Source: Lingula anatina
Taxonomy: Eukaryota > Animalia > Brachiopoda
Direction of reading: 5' to 3'
DNA length: 64,000 nt
Assembly (NCBI GenBank): GCA_051362555.1
Contig: CM120640.1
Span: 62,164,788 to 62,228,787 of the forward strand
Part shown: positions 1 through 12,200 of the stretch, in pieces
Layout of the letters: each line of letters begins with the position of its first letter
Numbering within the stretch: position 1 is the first letter of the stretch
Translations under genes and position numbers: made by a program
Notes under the pieces: model-generated
What the model was told of the DNA's origin: nothing
Database searches by the model: none
The model's input: the letters and a program-made list of their open reading frames with translations, nothing else

Positions 1-468
1 TATTGCAGCAGTTAATATGACCTTTACATGCAAGGCAGTTCAATAGAGCCATCTGTAGTGTCCTCCTTAGTATGTGAACCTTTACTTACATGTAGTTTAG
101 TACAGGTCATATATTTCCATGGTCTTGTTGGCACATAAGCAATCCTTAGTTCACCACACAGATCTGTTTTATTTACGTAATGCTTCACATGATATTGATT
201 TATATTATGCTTGCGCTTTTAAAACTGTCCCTACCTGTATACTGCTTGAAAACCTTTCATTGTTGATAATAAAAAAGACAATGAACTTGATCTTTACTAA
301 GTAAGCATTGAGTATTCTCTCTTGATAATATTTTGTTTTTATAAGCTATAAAATAGATTGCAGGTGTTTTGAAAATATGCAATCAGTATATGAAGATTAT
401 TTGAATAACTTGATTATATGTACTTCACTTTGATTAGTTTTTTCATAATGTTACAATGTATTTTTCAG

Positions 469-1038
469 CTTGTCCCCAGTGTTTCTTCCTTGGGTTTGAA
501 TGAACAAGAAATCAGTTTTGCATCAAAAGTAGGAGACGGTCCACACAAGGAATACTTTGACGAACATGAGAGTGGCAAGCAGCCCGAGATACACAAAATC
601 AGTGACATGGTGCTGTGGATACTCCAGACCTATGGCTATTCAAAGTCCAGACCCGAGTCCAAACTGACCAGGGTCCACTTCCATTCGCTGACCTACCACA
701 TTGTCGGTGTTGTGCCGAACGCTTGGGGTAACACAGCCTCGGCTGTTGCAGCAGGAACGCGAGCTGCTGGGCAGCAGGCCTGCGATACTGAAGACCTGGA
801 CTCAGTGAATGCAGATCTTCGAATCCCACTGGAATTCAAACTGACCAGCAGCAGTGATGAAAAGTCATTTGATCCATCAGAACCTTCATCTGTTTGGAAA
901 AGGGAAGGCTATAAATTTGCTTTCAGTCCTGTATTAGTGTGTAAAAACCCTCTGAAGACAGTAGGTCTAGGGGATGCAATCTCTGCCACAGGGCTGTTAT
1001 ATTCAGAATATAATGCTGATTTTAGAAGCAAAAGTTGA
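469..1038 (+). CDS. ADPGK: ADP-dependent glucokinase, terminal coding exon (upstream exons lie outside the window)
   Basis: Acceptor tttttcAG ends at 468. Translation LVPSVSSLGLNEQE...RVHFHSLTYHI...PVLVCKNPLKTVGLGDAISATGLLY...KS* contains the NEQE and GLGD(AIS) motifs of the ribokinase-fold ADP-dependent sugar kinases. The ORF-track Met at 418 is intronic. Confidence 0.93.
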   Translation, partial: LVPSVSSLGLNEQEISFASKVGDGPHKEYFDEHESGKQPEIHKISDMVLWILQTYGYSKSRPESKLTRVHFHSLTYHIVGVVPNAWGNTASAVAAGTRAAGQQACDTEDLDSVNADLRIPLEFKLTSSSDEKSFDPSEPSSVWKREGYKFAFSPVLVCKNPLKTVGLGDAISATGLLYSEYNADFRSKS

Positions 1039-1985
1039 TTAAGGTTGATTTATGATAGCATAATTTTAACGTGAAAAGGTTTGTTACTGTGATCTTTTTT
1101 TAAAATTATTACTTGGCAACGTTTCTTAATTATGTACAAAGACCATGACTAAAATTTCTTGATTTTCTATGGTTGGTTAATCAAAGTTGAAAAAAATTGA
1201 TTTGAACAGTTTTGTAGAAATGAATATTTATAATTGGATGGGAGTGCTTTTGAAGATAAATGAAGAAGAAAATCAAAGCTTTTTTCTTTTTGGCATTTTT
1301 TTTCTGTTCTATTTAAGAAAACTCATTGTCATTTATCATCATGTGAACCAGTCTTTAAAATAGAAGAATGTTCAGGTGTCAGGTTTTCACGTATGCTACT
1401 GTCACTCATTCCATGTTTTTCTCATGCTCCCCATTCATTCATTCATTATTTTAAGGTGCATCACTGAAATCATTGAATATTTCTTTAGGTATGTTTTATA
1501 CCTCACATCAGATATATTAGAAAGTATTAATGTGTCATTAACATTTCTATGTACAGGCAATGGATTTATGGACATATTGATAGTTTTTTTTTCTGTGATC
1601 TTCAATGAGTGCTTCAAAGTAAAGATGTTATCCTTTAATCTCTTAAAAATTCATGGAAGAAATTGTAAGGACTCCATAGGACATTTTAACCCTCTGGTGT
1701 ATGGTTGTCTAGTGTAGTTCCCACGTGTTTGAAATGATTGTCTAACGGAAGATAATGTCAAATTATATCAGTAAGTTTTCCAATAATTTCAGGAATGAAC
1801 AGGTATTCTATGCACTTGTTACTTTATCTCAAGATTTATTTAACCAGAAACTGTTGTTCTATTGTTTTGTCGCAAATAGTACATTCCTAGTATTAAACAC
1901 ACATTGCATAAATATTGCATGTCTTTTTGTGTATAAATAGTATTATAATATGTGGTATTATTAAGTATTATCTAGATTGCATTAC

Positions 1986-2378
1986 CAGACTTTATAAATG
2001 GATAAAAAATTTTCTAAACCAAGCCTCAGATTTTGTGCACAAAAATGCCCAAATTAACAACTCCAGCCACAAAATAACTATCCCAAGGTCAAATTACTTG
2101 TCACAATTAAAGAGTTTCATTACCAGACCATTTATCAGCTTATCTACTTGTTCGGTACATTCCGTATGAGCTGGAGATTGCTGAGAACTGCTGTATAAAA
2201 AAAACCTGTAGAAGGCATATGTATACAGCCAGAGACCTGGACAGAAGCTGGCCAAATTGTTTGTGTAATGAAACTTTAAGCTTGTTGGGGTAGTTAATTT
2301 GTGGCTGGAGTCATTAAGTTGTGTTCTCAAATTTTTAGGCTTGTGTTTAAAAATGGCAAATATAGTTTATGAGGCCTG
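1986..2378. mobile_element. MITE-like palindromic element with 5-bp flanking direct repeat
   Basis: Ends CAGACTTTATAAA (1986) and TTTATGAGGCCTG (2378) are imperfect inverted repeats. Inner arms ACTCCAGCCACAAAATAACTATCCCAA (about 2060-2086) and TTGGGGTAGTTAATTTGTGGCTGGAGT (about 2285-2311) pair. ATTAC flanks both sides (1981-1985, 2379-2383). Confidence 0.7.
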
Positions 2379-3152
2379 ATTACCAATGGTAATGGATTCT
2401 TGGTGCTTTGTGACTAATTGCAGTATTAACTCGCAGGTGCATTGTTTGGCAGATCCATTCCCCTGCCCCTTACCTCTTTAGCCAAGATACCCCCCCTTTT
2501 TTTTGGCATTTATTTTTGGCACTGCTGTGAGCAATTTCCACTTGTCACTGTTAATTATATACATGAATGCAAGGAAAAAAGAGACACCTACCTTTTAGAT
2601 CTCAAAAAAAAAAATTTTATTATTATAATACTTAGCCTGGTTCTCATATTTCAAGGACACTGCTGCATTTTATTGGTGTTGGATTAAGGTCACAAATATC
2701 ACATTACTTGCTGGTTTAGGATATTTTTAATCAGGGAGTTGAAGCGTAGATCATGCAGAGCAACCAAAATGTCAACAGAGGCTTTGGTAGTGCTGTGACA
2801 GATATCTTGTTCAAAGTCTTGCAATAAATATTGACAATAATATATGTATAATATTTCTGTTTTGTCTTTTTTTTCTGTGCCAAGTGATGTTTTTGTTGAT
2901 AACAGGCTGACGCAGAGATTTAAAGACATAAGATTTTTAAAATATGGTTTGCTACTTCAAATTAACCTAGAAAGTAGGCCTATTATATGATGTAGGGATG
3001 CATGGAATATAGTTGCAGAAAACGGACTTAAAACCTGGTTTGGCCTATAATGTATTTCTTCACTTATCATCTAAAGGTACTTCATTATTTGACGACATCC
3101 ACCGGAAAATTGCTTTCGCTCACTTTATACATGTATGATGCTCAACGAAGTC

Positions 3153-3156
<4 letters not shown>

Positions 3157-3206
<50 letters not shown>
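3157..3206. repeat. (AT)n microsatellite
   Basis: Direct reading. Confidence 0.95.
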
Positions 3207-3209
<3 letters not shown>

Positions 3210-6200
3210 TTTAACCTGTGTGGTAGATGTGTATGTCAGAGGAGACAACTGATCTCACCTAGCACATTTTACGTGTTGGGACGCTCTTGAACGAGTTCTC
3301 TGCCCAGAATATTCTTTTCGTTGTCGTTTCAGTACTTTAAACACATGGGTCGTTGTGGAGGGGGGTGTCCAAGAGCTCAGAGCACTTAGGCGTGATATAA
3401 GGGGTGTATGGACATGTTTCGCATTGTGCGCAGTGACACCTTTTCCCGACGCTTCACAGGCTAAAATACATGTACTTTAACATGACGAACGTTATATATT
3501 GCTTCGCTAACAACAGAAGGAATTTTCATTATTTCTTTCCCAGTCGTTGCACTTTGCAATTGCTCTCACAACTTCGATTACAAAAGTTTTAAGTTAGCCC
3601 TTTATACATTACTATAACATACGTCAACAATATGTGTTTAACTGTGGGTGTTTTTCAATTATACTTGAGGGGTTATCATATTGGGCCTCGCTGCAAGTCG
3701 GCAGCTGATGCCAATAACGCTATTTTGTTGAAGTGGTTTCTTGGTCAGATAGTAAGATCAGGTCTATAACCAGTAATTCCAAGTGTTTTGTCTGAAAAGT
3801 GTACCTTTTTTATCGCAAAAATAAGTTTGTTCACAGAACTTAGAACAAACACAGAACTTGTTCACAGAGCTTAAAAGCTTTTTGGACCTGAAAAACAATT
3901 CCTTCGACCCCCACCCCCACTGCCCGCGGGTCTCTAGAGGAAATTCTTGTAAAAACTGTCAATGTACATGCATGCCCATATGCAAATACAAGGAATGTGT
4001 GGTGGATTCGGCGCCTGTTTCTTCACCAAAATACAGAAAGGGCCGCTCGATGCAAAGTGACCTTGGGGGTAGAGGGTAATATAACTTAGTCCTTATTTTT
4101 GATTGTCTTGATCTTCCAGTAACCCCTTTCACCTCCCCCCCCCCACCCCGGAAAAAAAGGAAGGATGATAGAAAAAACGAAGAATTGTGGTCAGATTCAT
4201 AGTTAACAAACCATATGTAATAATATAAAAACAGGTTAAGTCGGGAGAATATTCAGAAATCGGGCTGATTCTAAGAACGATTTGTAATGCTGATCACGAC
4301 TGTCATATTACGGTCAAAATGAATGATAGATTTATTTGATAATACTCCCATGCACAATTTCATGCACTCGAGTATTCCGTGCTGCTTCGTTCATGTGTAT
4401 TTACCACTCATTTTTCCAATACAACAGAAGCAAACTTCTTACTTTATTGAAACCTTTTTGACTTAATAAGTGAGTGGGTATTTTGTGGTACTTAACAGCT
4501 CTAATAATATCAGTCGATTTCTCGGAGAAAAACGCACACCCAATCCTCCACGCATTCTCAAACATTCTGTGCAAATGCGTGAATGTCCATTTCTACTTTA
4601 TTTATTAGACAGCACCGCTTGCAAGCACTCAAAACTCTTGAAATAGTGTGAAGGGTCTGCACAAGTCTATAAATCACTGTCGTTAAAGCACTGTTAGCGC
4701 TAGATCTTAATTGATTCCTATGTGTCAATATATATGAACGCAAGGGTGAACGGAGGAGTGCCTCACGTGATAACGACCGGTCCTAAACACGAGCGTTTTA
4801 CGACAACGACGTCACAGACACGAGCATTCGGTCCTTAAGTTAATCGGATACTCTGTTGTTCCTTCCAATTCAAACTTTGTCAGTGCCGCGACATTTACGT
4901 CCATCTCACGTGTTACTTTGAGAATGTGTTTATTTCGGTTGCCAGTGACAGCGCTGATCAGATGCCTCTAGTGCTTCTCCGGAAAAGGATACTTCTCAAT
5001 TAAAACAAGTTGTTTGGACTACAGATATAGAGAACATAGTACTATAGATAGCTCATAGCTCATCCGCTTTGCAGGAAGTTCGTCACATTGAAAAAAGGTA
5101 AGAAGGGCAATGCAAAATGTTAGAAACTTTTTTCGGAATGCTACTGGTAATCTATTTTCAAACCATTTGCCCAGCGTGTCAAGCGGGCTATAGGATTTCG
5201 GAATGCTTCACCTGTTGCTTTTGGGTGTTCTGTTGATTCAGATTCCACGTGGCTATTTGTGTTTTGGGGGGAAATGTATTTGACTTTTAGAAAATGCATT
5301 ATTTCTATAAATCATTCACATTGCTGTTTAACATCACTGTGCTCCGACGCAATCGCAGACGGCCCCAAACAGTATGCAATAAACGTCAATGTGTTCTAAT
5401 GTGACATTTTCTTCTTCGTACCGTAGCAATGCTATATTCATGCTGAAATAATGGACGCAAGGGTGAGAAACTGTCACCTCACGACATAAAGATGCCGAGC
5501 AAGCTCTAAGTTGTTTAACTAATGACACATGAAATTGTTTGCCAAATTAAGGTGTGATTATCAAACAGATAACCACTTCAGAGGGCTTGACCTATCCAAA
5601 GTTGACTTAATTCGATCGAATTGTCTTTGGTGAAATAGACGGAGGCGCGTCTCAGTGGCACGGCCTTCAAGCGCCTTATTCGCGATCTAACAATTTTATG
5701 AATTTCAACTCAACAGTGTCGTTGGGAACAGCTACATATGTATTCCCTCTGTGTGCAAATGCATGCTAGTTTGAATATATTAATTTAATTTGTTTAATAT
5801 TCCGTAAATTAACGACCTAGATTTGTTTTTATTTTCCGATAAAAATGATAATGCCGAACTCCAATTTCTAGAGCTTAATTAATGAGATTCCCGCTGCAAA
5901 GATCGTGCACGAAATCTACAACGTTTAGAAAATATGGGCATTTGAGTTTCTTGAGTGAAATCACTGCTCGCCTTCATACGTGATAAACCGACATCTTACT
6001 GATAACTTCGATTCTCCATAGCCCATGATGCTTGCTCAGTGGGTGGTTGTATCTCTAGAGTGCTGTTGACATAGTTCATAAGCTCCCTAAGTCATAAAGT
6101 TAAATATAGTAGAACAGATATGGTCAATCGAATACATTCCCATGCAAAATTCAGTCTAACCGCTCCTCCCACCGTTCTTACTGGCCAATTTTCCCTGGTT

Positions 6201-9200
6201 GTTCAGTGAGTGGAAAGTGAGGTCATTTAATTAGTGCATAATATGTGCTCCGTGAGAATAAACGACTGCTTTTTTTCGCTCTAATTGTTTGAAAAAGATT
6301 GATTTCTGGAGTCTATGTACTAGTATGGCTTCAAGTGTTTGTGTAAATATACCTGTTCATGGTAGTTAATGTGCTAGCAACCACAGTAATGTATCGGCTA
6401 GATATAGGTAAAATGAGAATTTAAATTTAATTTTGATACTAGCTTTCTTCTTTATTCATAATATTTTATTCCGTGTTAAAACATGATGAAGTATTGTAAA
6501 TAAAATACGCTATACACAAATTAATAAATTATATGGGTCTAAGAGTAAGCGCCTGTATGACGCCATCACGACGGGAATTTTCATAAAAAAAGTTAATATA
6601 TGGGGAAAATAAATGCGTATGGAATAAATCATTTTGACCAAATTACATGTGAAAGTTTTGCATTGGAGCAAATCACAAACAAGTAATACTTTCTAATTAA
6701 CAATTGTCTTTTACAAATTGTGTTATTAACAGCGACTACACTCCTGCTCCTTTCAACGTCAATGGCCTTAATATACGTCATGTTCCTATACGGATGACTG
6801 AAAGATCATCCGTACAAAAAGGGAAGTAAATAATCTAAATGTTACCCAGCCAAACCCTGGCTTATATGCAGCTCCAGTCTGCATCAGCAGTGGCCTGGTG
6901 GGGAAATAGCCATGCCTCAGTCCGCTGCAATATGCATATTAACATTACACGAATTTCGCGCTGGCAAAAATACTCTGAAATTGATTAGTCAATTTTATAT
7001 GAGCGCTTCTTATTTGATTATTTCTCAATCATTTCTTTTTTCACTTTTCATCATTTTTTCTTGAATACATCCGGCCGTGTAAATTGCAAGATAAGTAGCT
7101 GTAAATATGCTGCGGTGTGATCAAAGAATAAATTTATTTGATAGACCATCTGAAATTGTGATAGTTCAACGTGAAATCATGCTTAAAGCAAGTGCAAGTG
7201 GCAACAAACATGTGTTGCCTCCAAAATTAGCCCACCGATCAAGTAAAAACACTCTACAGTTTACTGTAGTTATCTGTGTTAACGATTGATAATTAAAATT
7301 TTATGGAAAATAGTGGAACTTTTGCTCTTTTATTCAAAACGATGTGTGTTAACCCAAGCTACATCCTCTTCGTCCAGAGCTGAAGCTATGTAACTCGTCA
7401 GCATAACTAATGTAGACTCCACATGCTTCGCCATCCCATAACTCGAATAATCGTTAATCTCAAACAAATATTGTGGATTTTTTTTTCTCTTTTGTATTGG
7501 AAGAATTTTCTTAACGTTGCCTCACTCGATTCTTCGCATAACTCGTCTTCTGTATGTCAGTGGGTAGGCTTTTTTGTAATCAAATTGTTTTTGAAATTAA
7601 ATAGACAGCACATAATCAGTCAAGCAAACAAAAACACCATACCCATACCACTTGAAATGACATCATATCCTTTTTACCTTATTTCTTACTCCCGTGTACC
7701 CCAGTTTGTAGGGGGTGGTTTAGCCAACATTTTAGTTTGTACCTTTGTCTTTCCCCACCCAGTAGAAAGGTGTCGTGCAATGATGCAATGTCACACACAT
7801 TCACAGAAAGAAAAAAGAAAGAATGAATAAAATAAGTACAAGATCCTATAGCCTTAATGTTGTACGATAGATACAAAGAAGTGGGAACATTCACTCAAAT
7901 ATAACTGAAGTGCAGCGCCTGCCCCTACCCCGGGTATGCCAAATGAGCACACGTTTTCACTTCAAAAGACTTCAAATTGAAAATCCGAGTGTAGTCACCC
8001 TCCAAGTTAGCATTTTGATGATGCATATTCTAGTCGCGTCACTGATTCCATAGATTTTTTCACCTTTTATCAAGTTTACCCTCATTTCCGCCATCTTGAT
8101 TAAGATAAAGTTATTCATTTTCATGATGCAAAGTTGACGATGAAAAATGATGTATTGCCAACACGCTTTGAAACTGGTCCAAGTCTTTGTAACTAGATAC
8201 GTGTTGTTTAATTAAGCTAATGTGAAATTATGAATCAAATCAAATTAATATGCGTGGATAACAGTACTATTATGAGGCACTCAGAAATAAGCAGACAGAA
8301 AAGAATCAAGCCCTACATTTGCACAACAGGTAATTACAACGCTAGAAATTAATTTAAAAAAAAAACAAGAAATCAAATAAATTGTATAAGAAGTCAAATT
8401 AGAATAGTTTATGCCAATTAAAATTTATGTCTTACTAGTAGTATAAAACATTTGCTGCCTTATGAATAATGTAAATATTGACTCATGCCATACTCTGCTT
8501 ATTCAAGAATACTAATATCTCCATTCATCTGTAGATAACTGAGGTTGGAGGCGGGTTGGTGGAAAACTCCCAATCAATTCAATGTCTAAATTGTCTCAAT
8601 AAAACTCAAAATAACTACGTTACGCCCTATATCAAGGAGTTAAGGTTATTGTGATCACGTTATAATCAGCGTCTTCAACTGTCACGAGGTTTACCCCCCA
8701 TAAATCAACGTGCACGGTACCCCATCTTGTTGACTGAACCGGGTTGTTGCTGCAGATCAATGTGGACGTTCAGTTTCAGTTGGCCGGCCTGGTACATAAC
8801 TCCTTCAACTGTGTAATGGCGAAGCCCTTATATTGGGTGGAGGGGGAGTGGGGGGTAGCATAAAAAATAAACATGTCTTAATAAACATTTAACAGTTCCA
8901 CTCTTCGTCAAAACATTGAAACCGTGATTTGAAAAGGGTTTTGAAACGAATGAAATAAACTTTGAACAATGGTCGTAAACATCGGTTACTTAATTTTACC
9001 CAGTTAATCATGTTCACTCAATTTTTTGTATGTAAATGTGATTTATCTTCCAGCCAACAACTGTTACCTCGTTTCAGTCTCTATGTAAATTGACATGTTC
9101 TTAAAATCGGAAATGACTGTCTTCCCTTTCACCGCAGAAACCCAAAATATTTCCGAATATAACATGTAGTTATAATTGCCAATTTTAATGACCTTTTTGA

Positions 9201-12200
9201 AAAAATTGTTTTGCATTATGAGTAACCCAAAACGTAAACGGAATTTTGATCTCACTCCGCTAAGTATAAAAAAATGATCCAAATGTTCCTTACCATTAAA
9301 TGCTATAGCTATGTAAGTTCAAAATGCTATTTGAATATGCAACTTCGGTTCAAAGATCATTATTTGCATTATTGAATCTTTCGGCATGATCTTTCTCATT
9401 CATCTCTTTTATGAGGGCGGATTAGGAATAATATGCCTCACCCACCAACGAACTTTAAATTGTATTTATACAGTGAGTCAGTAATTAAAATGATCCACGG
9501 ACTGGCCAGCGATAACCCCCACGCGGGCCCATGGCATTGCAAATTTGTCCGAAAACAGGATCATTTACGATAGCAAACAGCGGTTTCGGTGGTCCCCTTT
9601 GGTCGACTGAATGTTCAGTTCTTATGTGTCAATCAGTCGAAACTGTCACTACGCATATGATGCCATCATTATTTCTAAATTCATGCCGTAATTGGATGAA
9701 AAAGACACCCACAAGACGGAAAATGACTTTCGTTAAGGCACGCAACGGGGCTTGCAACATTTATGCAATGCAGAGTTGGAAGCTCATTGAGTTTGAGATA
9801 ATTAGAAAGTAATTGTTTTCAGTTATTTACTATTCGATTTGCCCACGAAAAAAAAAGAACATCTGCCAATGTTAAAATGCTTTTTTTTCTTTTTTAACTA
9901 ATGTCAGCGTTCGCGAAGATGGAGGGCAGAGTATGTTTAAGGGAAATTAACACAGGCGGTATCGTTGGGTAGATTCTCATAAATACATAACGAAAGAGAG
10001 TAGTTGTGAACGGTGCAGATAGGGAGTATCGCTGTCAATTTGTCTCCATATATTCAGTCTAGATGGTGCACCAGATCTCTGGATCGCGACTGCATTGGTG
10101 CCAGCGACTTTCTAAGACGCACGATAGACGCTGTGTTTTTCATGCACTTGAATATTTCTTACACAGGTTTTTCGTATGTTGATCTCTATATGTATTTCTG
10201 TTTCTACGCCAGGACATGTTAGTTCCAGTCAAACCAATTGCAAAATCGTGACAAAACATCATGTCTTAAGTCTTGTGACCTTTTTAAACAGGCAAATTGC
10301 GTAGGCCTATTTGATCGCCTCTTTCGTGGACTCTAGCAGCTGTCTATATGGCCATGAGCAATAGCAGGGGCTACAAAGTTTTTGTGTAGAGTAAAGATTC
10401 CTCCAAAAGTCTTGACTACAGTATGTTCTTATAATTCCAAATCTGTTCGAATAAAACCGATATGAGGCAAATTTGTGATACTGTGCGAAGAAATCTGCTG
10501 GCTTTGTTAGCTTTATTTCCCAGTGGGCGCGGTAGATGAGGTGCATCAAAATCGAACAGCGTACAAAGACGGTAAGATCGTAATTCTAAAGTGCTTTTTT
10601 ATATTCAATCTGTGATAATCACCATCACTTAAACCCAAATTAACGTAAGAATATAAAATGGATTGGCATTAGATTGATTATGATGCATCTCATGGAAACA
10701 AAATTTCAGTTAACCTTCTCCCTGTCTCAGAGGCGGTTTTGCACTGGTATGGGTTTAACTCTGCTTTTTATAGTCAATAGATCCTGTAAAGAATATTGAC
10801 AGTTAGGAGGCAATGTAAAATGTATATTGTAAAACAAACACTTGAGATGGACGAAGGGATATTCATACACTTAAGACTATTATTTCTAACGCAAATAACA
10901 CGCTGGGCGTCTTTTAAAGTTTAGACCGCGATAATGGCCAGTTTTTGACCTTGCACTTTTTAAACGCACTTTTCTGGCGGGCTACTGAAAAATTTATTAT
11001 GTTTAATTGCAGTCATCATTCTCAGTCGCAAGTAGATTAAGTTCCAATTTAAATAGCCTCACTCAATATCTAGGACCCTTCTCGGAATAGATCAGTGTGG
11101 GGGTGTCCGAATATAAATAACGATTTAAAGCCCATGACAAGTATACTTCACAGACATGCTTGCTGGAGATTGCTACTTTGGGTGGATCGTTTTCGAATAA
11201 GTTGGCCCGCTTTTTATGTGGATTATAGACCTTGAAGATAAAAGATTTTGAATGGGCAATGATATTCTGTGATTTTGATTTTATCTTTTTTAGACTAGGC
11301 TAATGGGCCATATCTAGAAGCGGTTACAGAAGACTTGTACGTCCTCCCTCCCCCTCCCCCTCCCCCACTCCCTTCTCTGTCCCCTATCCTCCAGCTTATC
11401 CAATTAATGCATTATCCAGCATTGATTTAGCCCAGAGGCTAAAGGAAGCTATCACTCCCACATACGAGATACAGTATTATACTAGTAACACAATGTATAC
11501 GATTTTCACTTAAGCATTTTTGTTTCTTCTTTTGTGATTACAATAATTAATCCAGCTATCTCAGGTAGGCCTACGGAGTAAAAGGTTGATTACATCGTGG
11601 GTTCATGAATGCAATAAAGTAGCCGCATCCCCTGCATCATTTTGATTAGAAATTGGTCTAATGGGCCTGAAATACATCGTATTCGTTGCTCATAGAAAAA
11701 TACTACCCGAACACAACGAGAACACATCTCAGCTATGACAATGATACACGCCAGTGGCAACTAGCCGCCAAATAGAAGAATTGGTGTGCGTTTATTTTCC
11801 TTCCACCATTTATTTTTTGACATGGGATATATGTAGCTTATCTTGTCAGCTTTAAAAAATCAAAACAGCTTTCCTTTCATGAATATGGCCAGAATTAGTA
11901 CGTGTACCTGTAAAAAGGGTGTACCTGGACAGAATTGATAAATACTAGTAATTGATTTATCATAGGACATTCACTCGGGGTTCTGATAAATTACCAAACC
12001 AATAATTCTTCTAACCAATGCAATTCTAAATGTCCATAATAAAAGTAAATTGAGGTCCACACATTGTCCGTTGTGTGTCCAGCACCTGACCATGCGGTGC
12101 AGCCCTTTGTGGTTGGCTTACTTACTTTCAAGTCCATATGAAAAATGTAAGCTCGCCTTTCCCAAGAGAGAGCAATTAGGGGACACGAGAACGTCTCCCT

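Noticed and set aside
418-468. Hydrophobic N-terminus of the 206-aa ORF resembling a signal peptide
   Set aside because: It is the T-rich intron end upstream of the AG at 467-468. ADPGK similarity begins at 469.
9735-9744. TAAGGCACGC, identical to the first 10 nt of miR-124
   Set aside because: The rest of the mature sequence does not match and no hairpin is evident.
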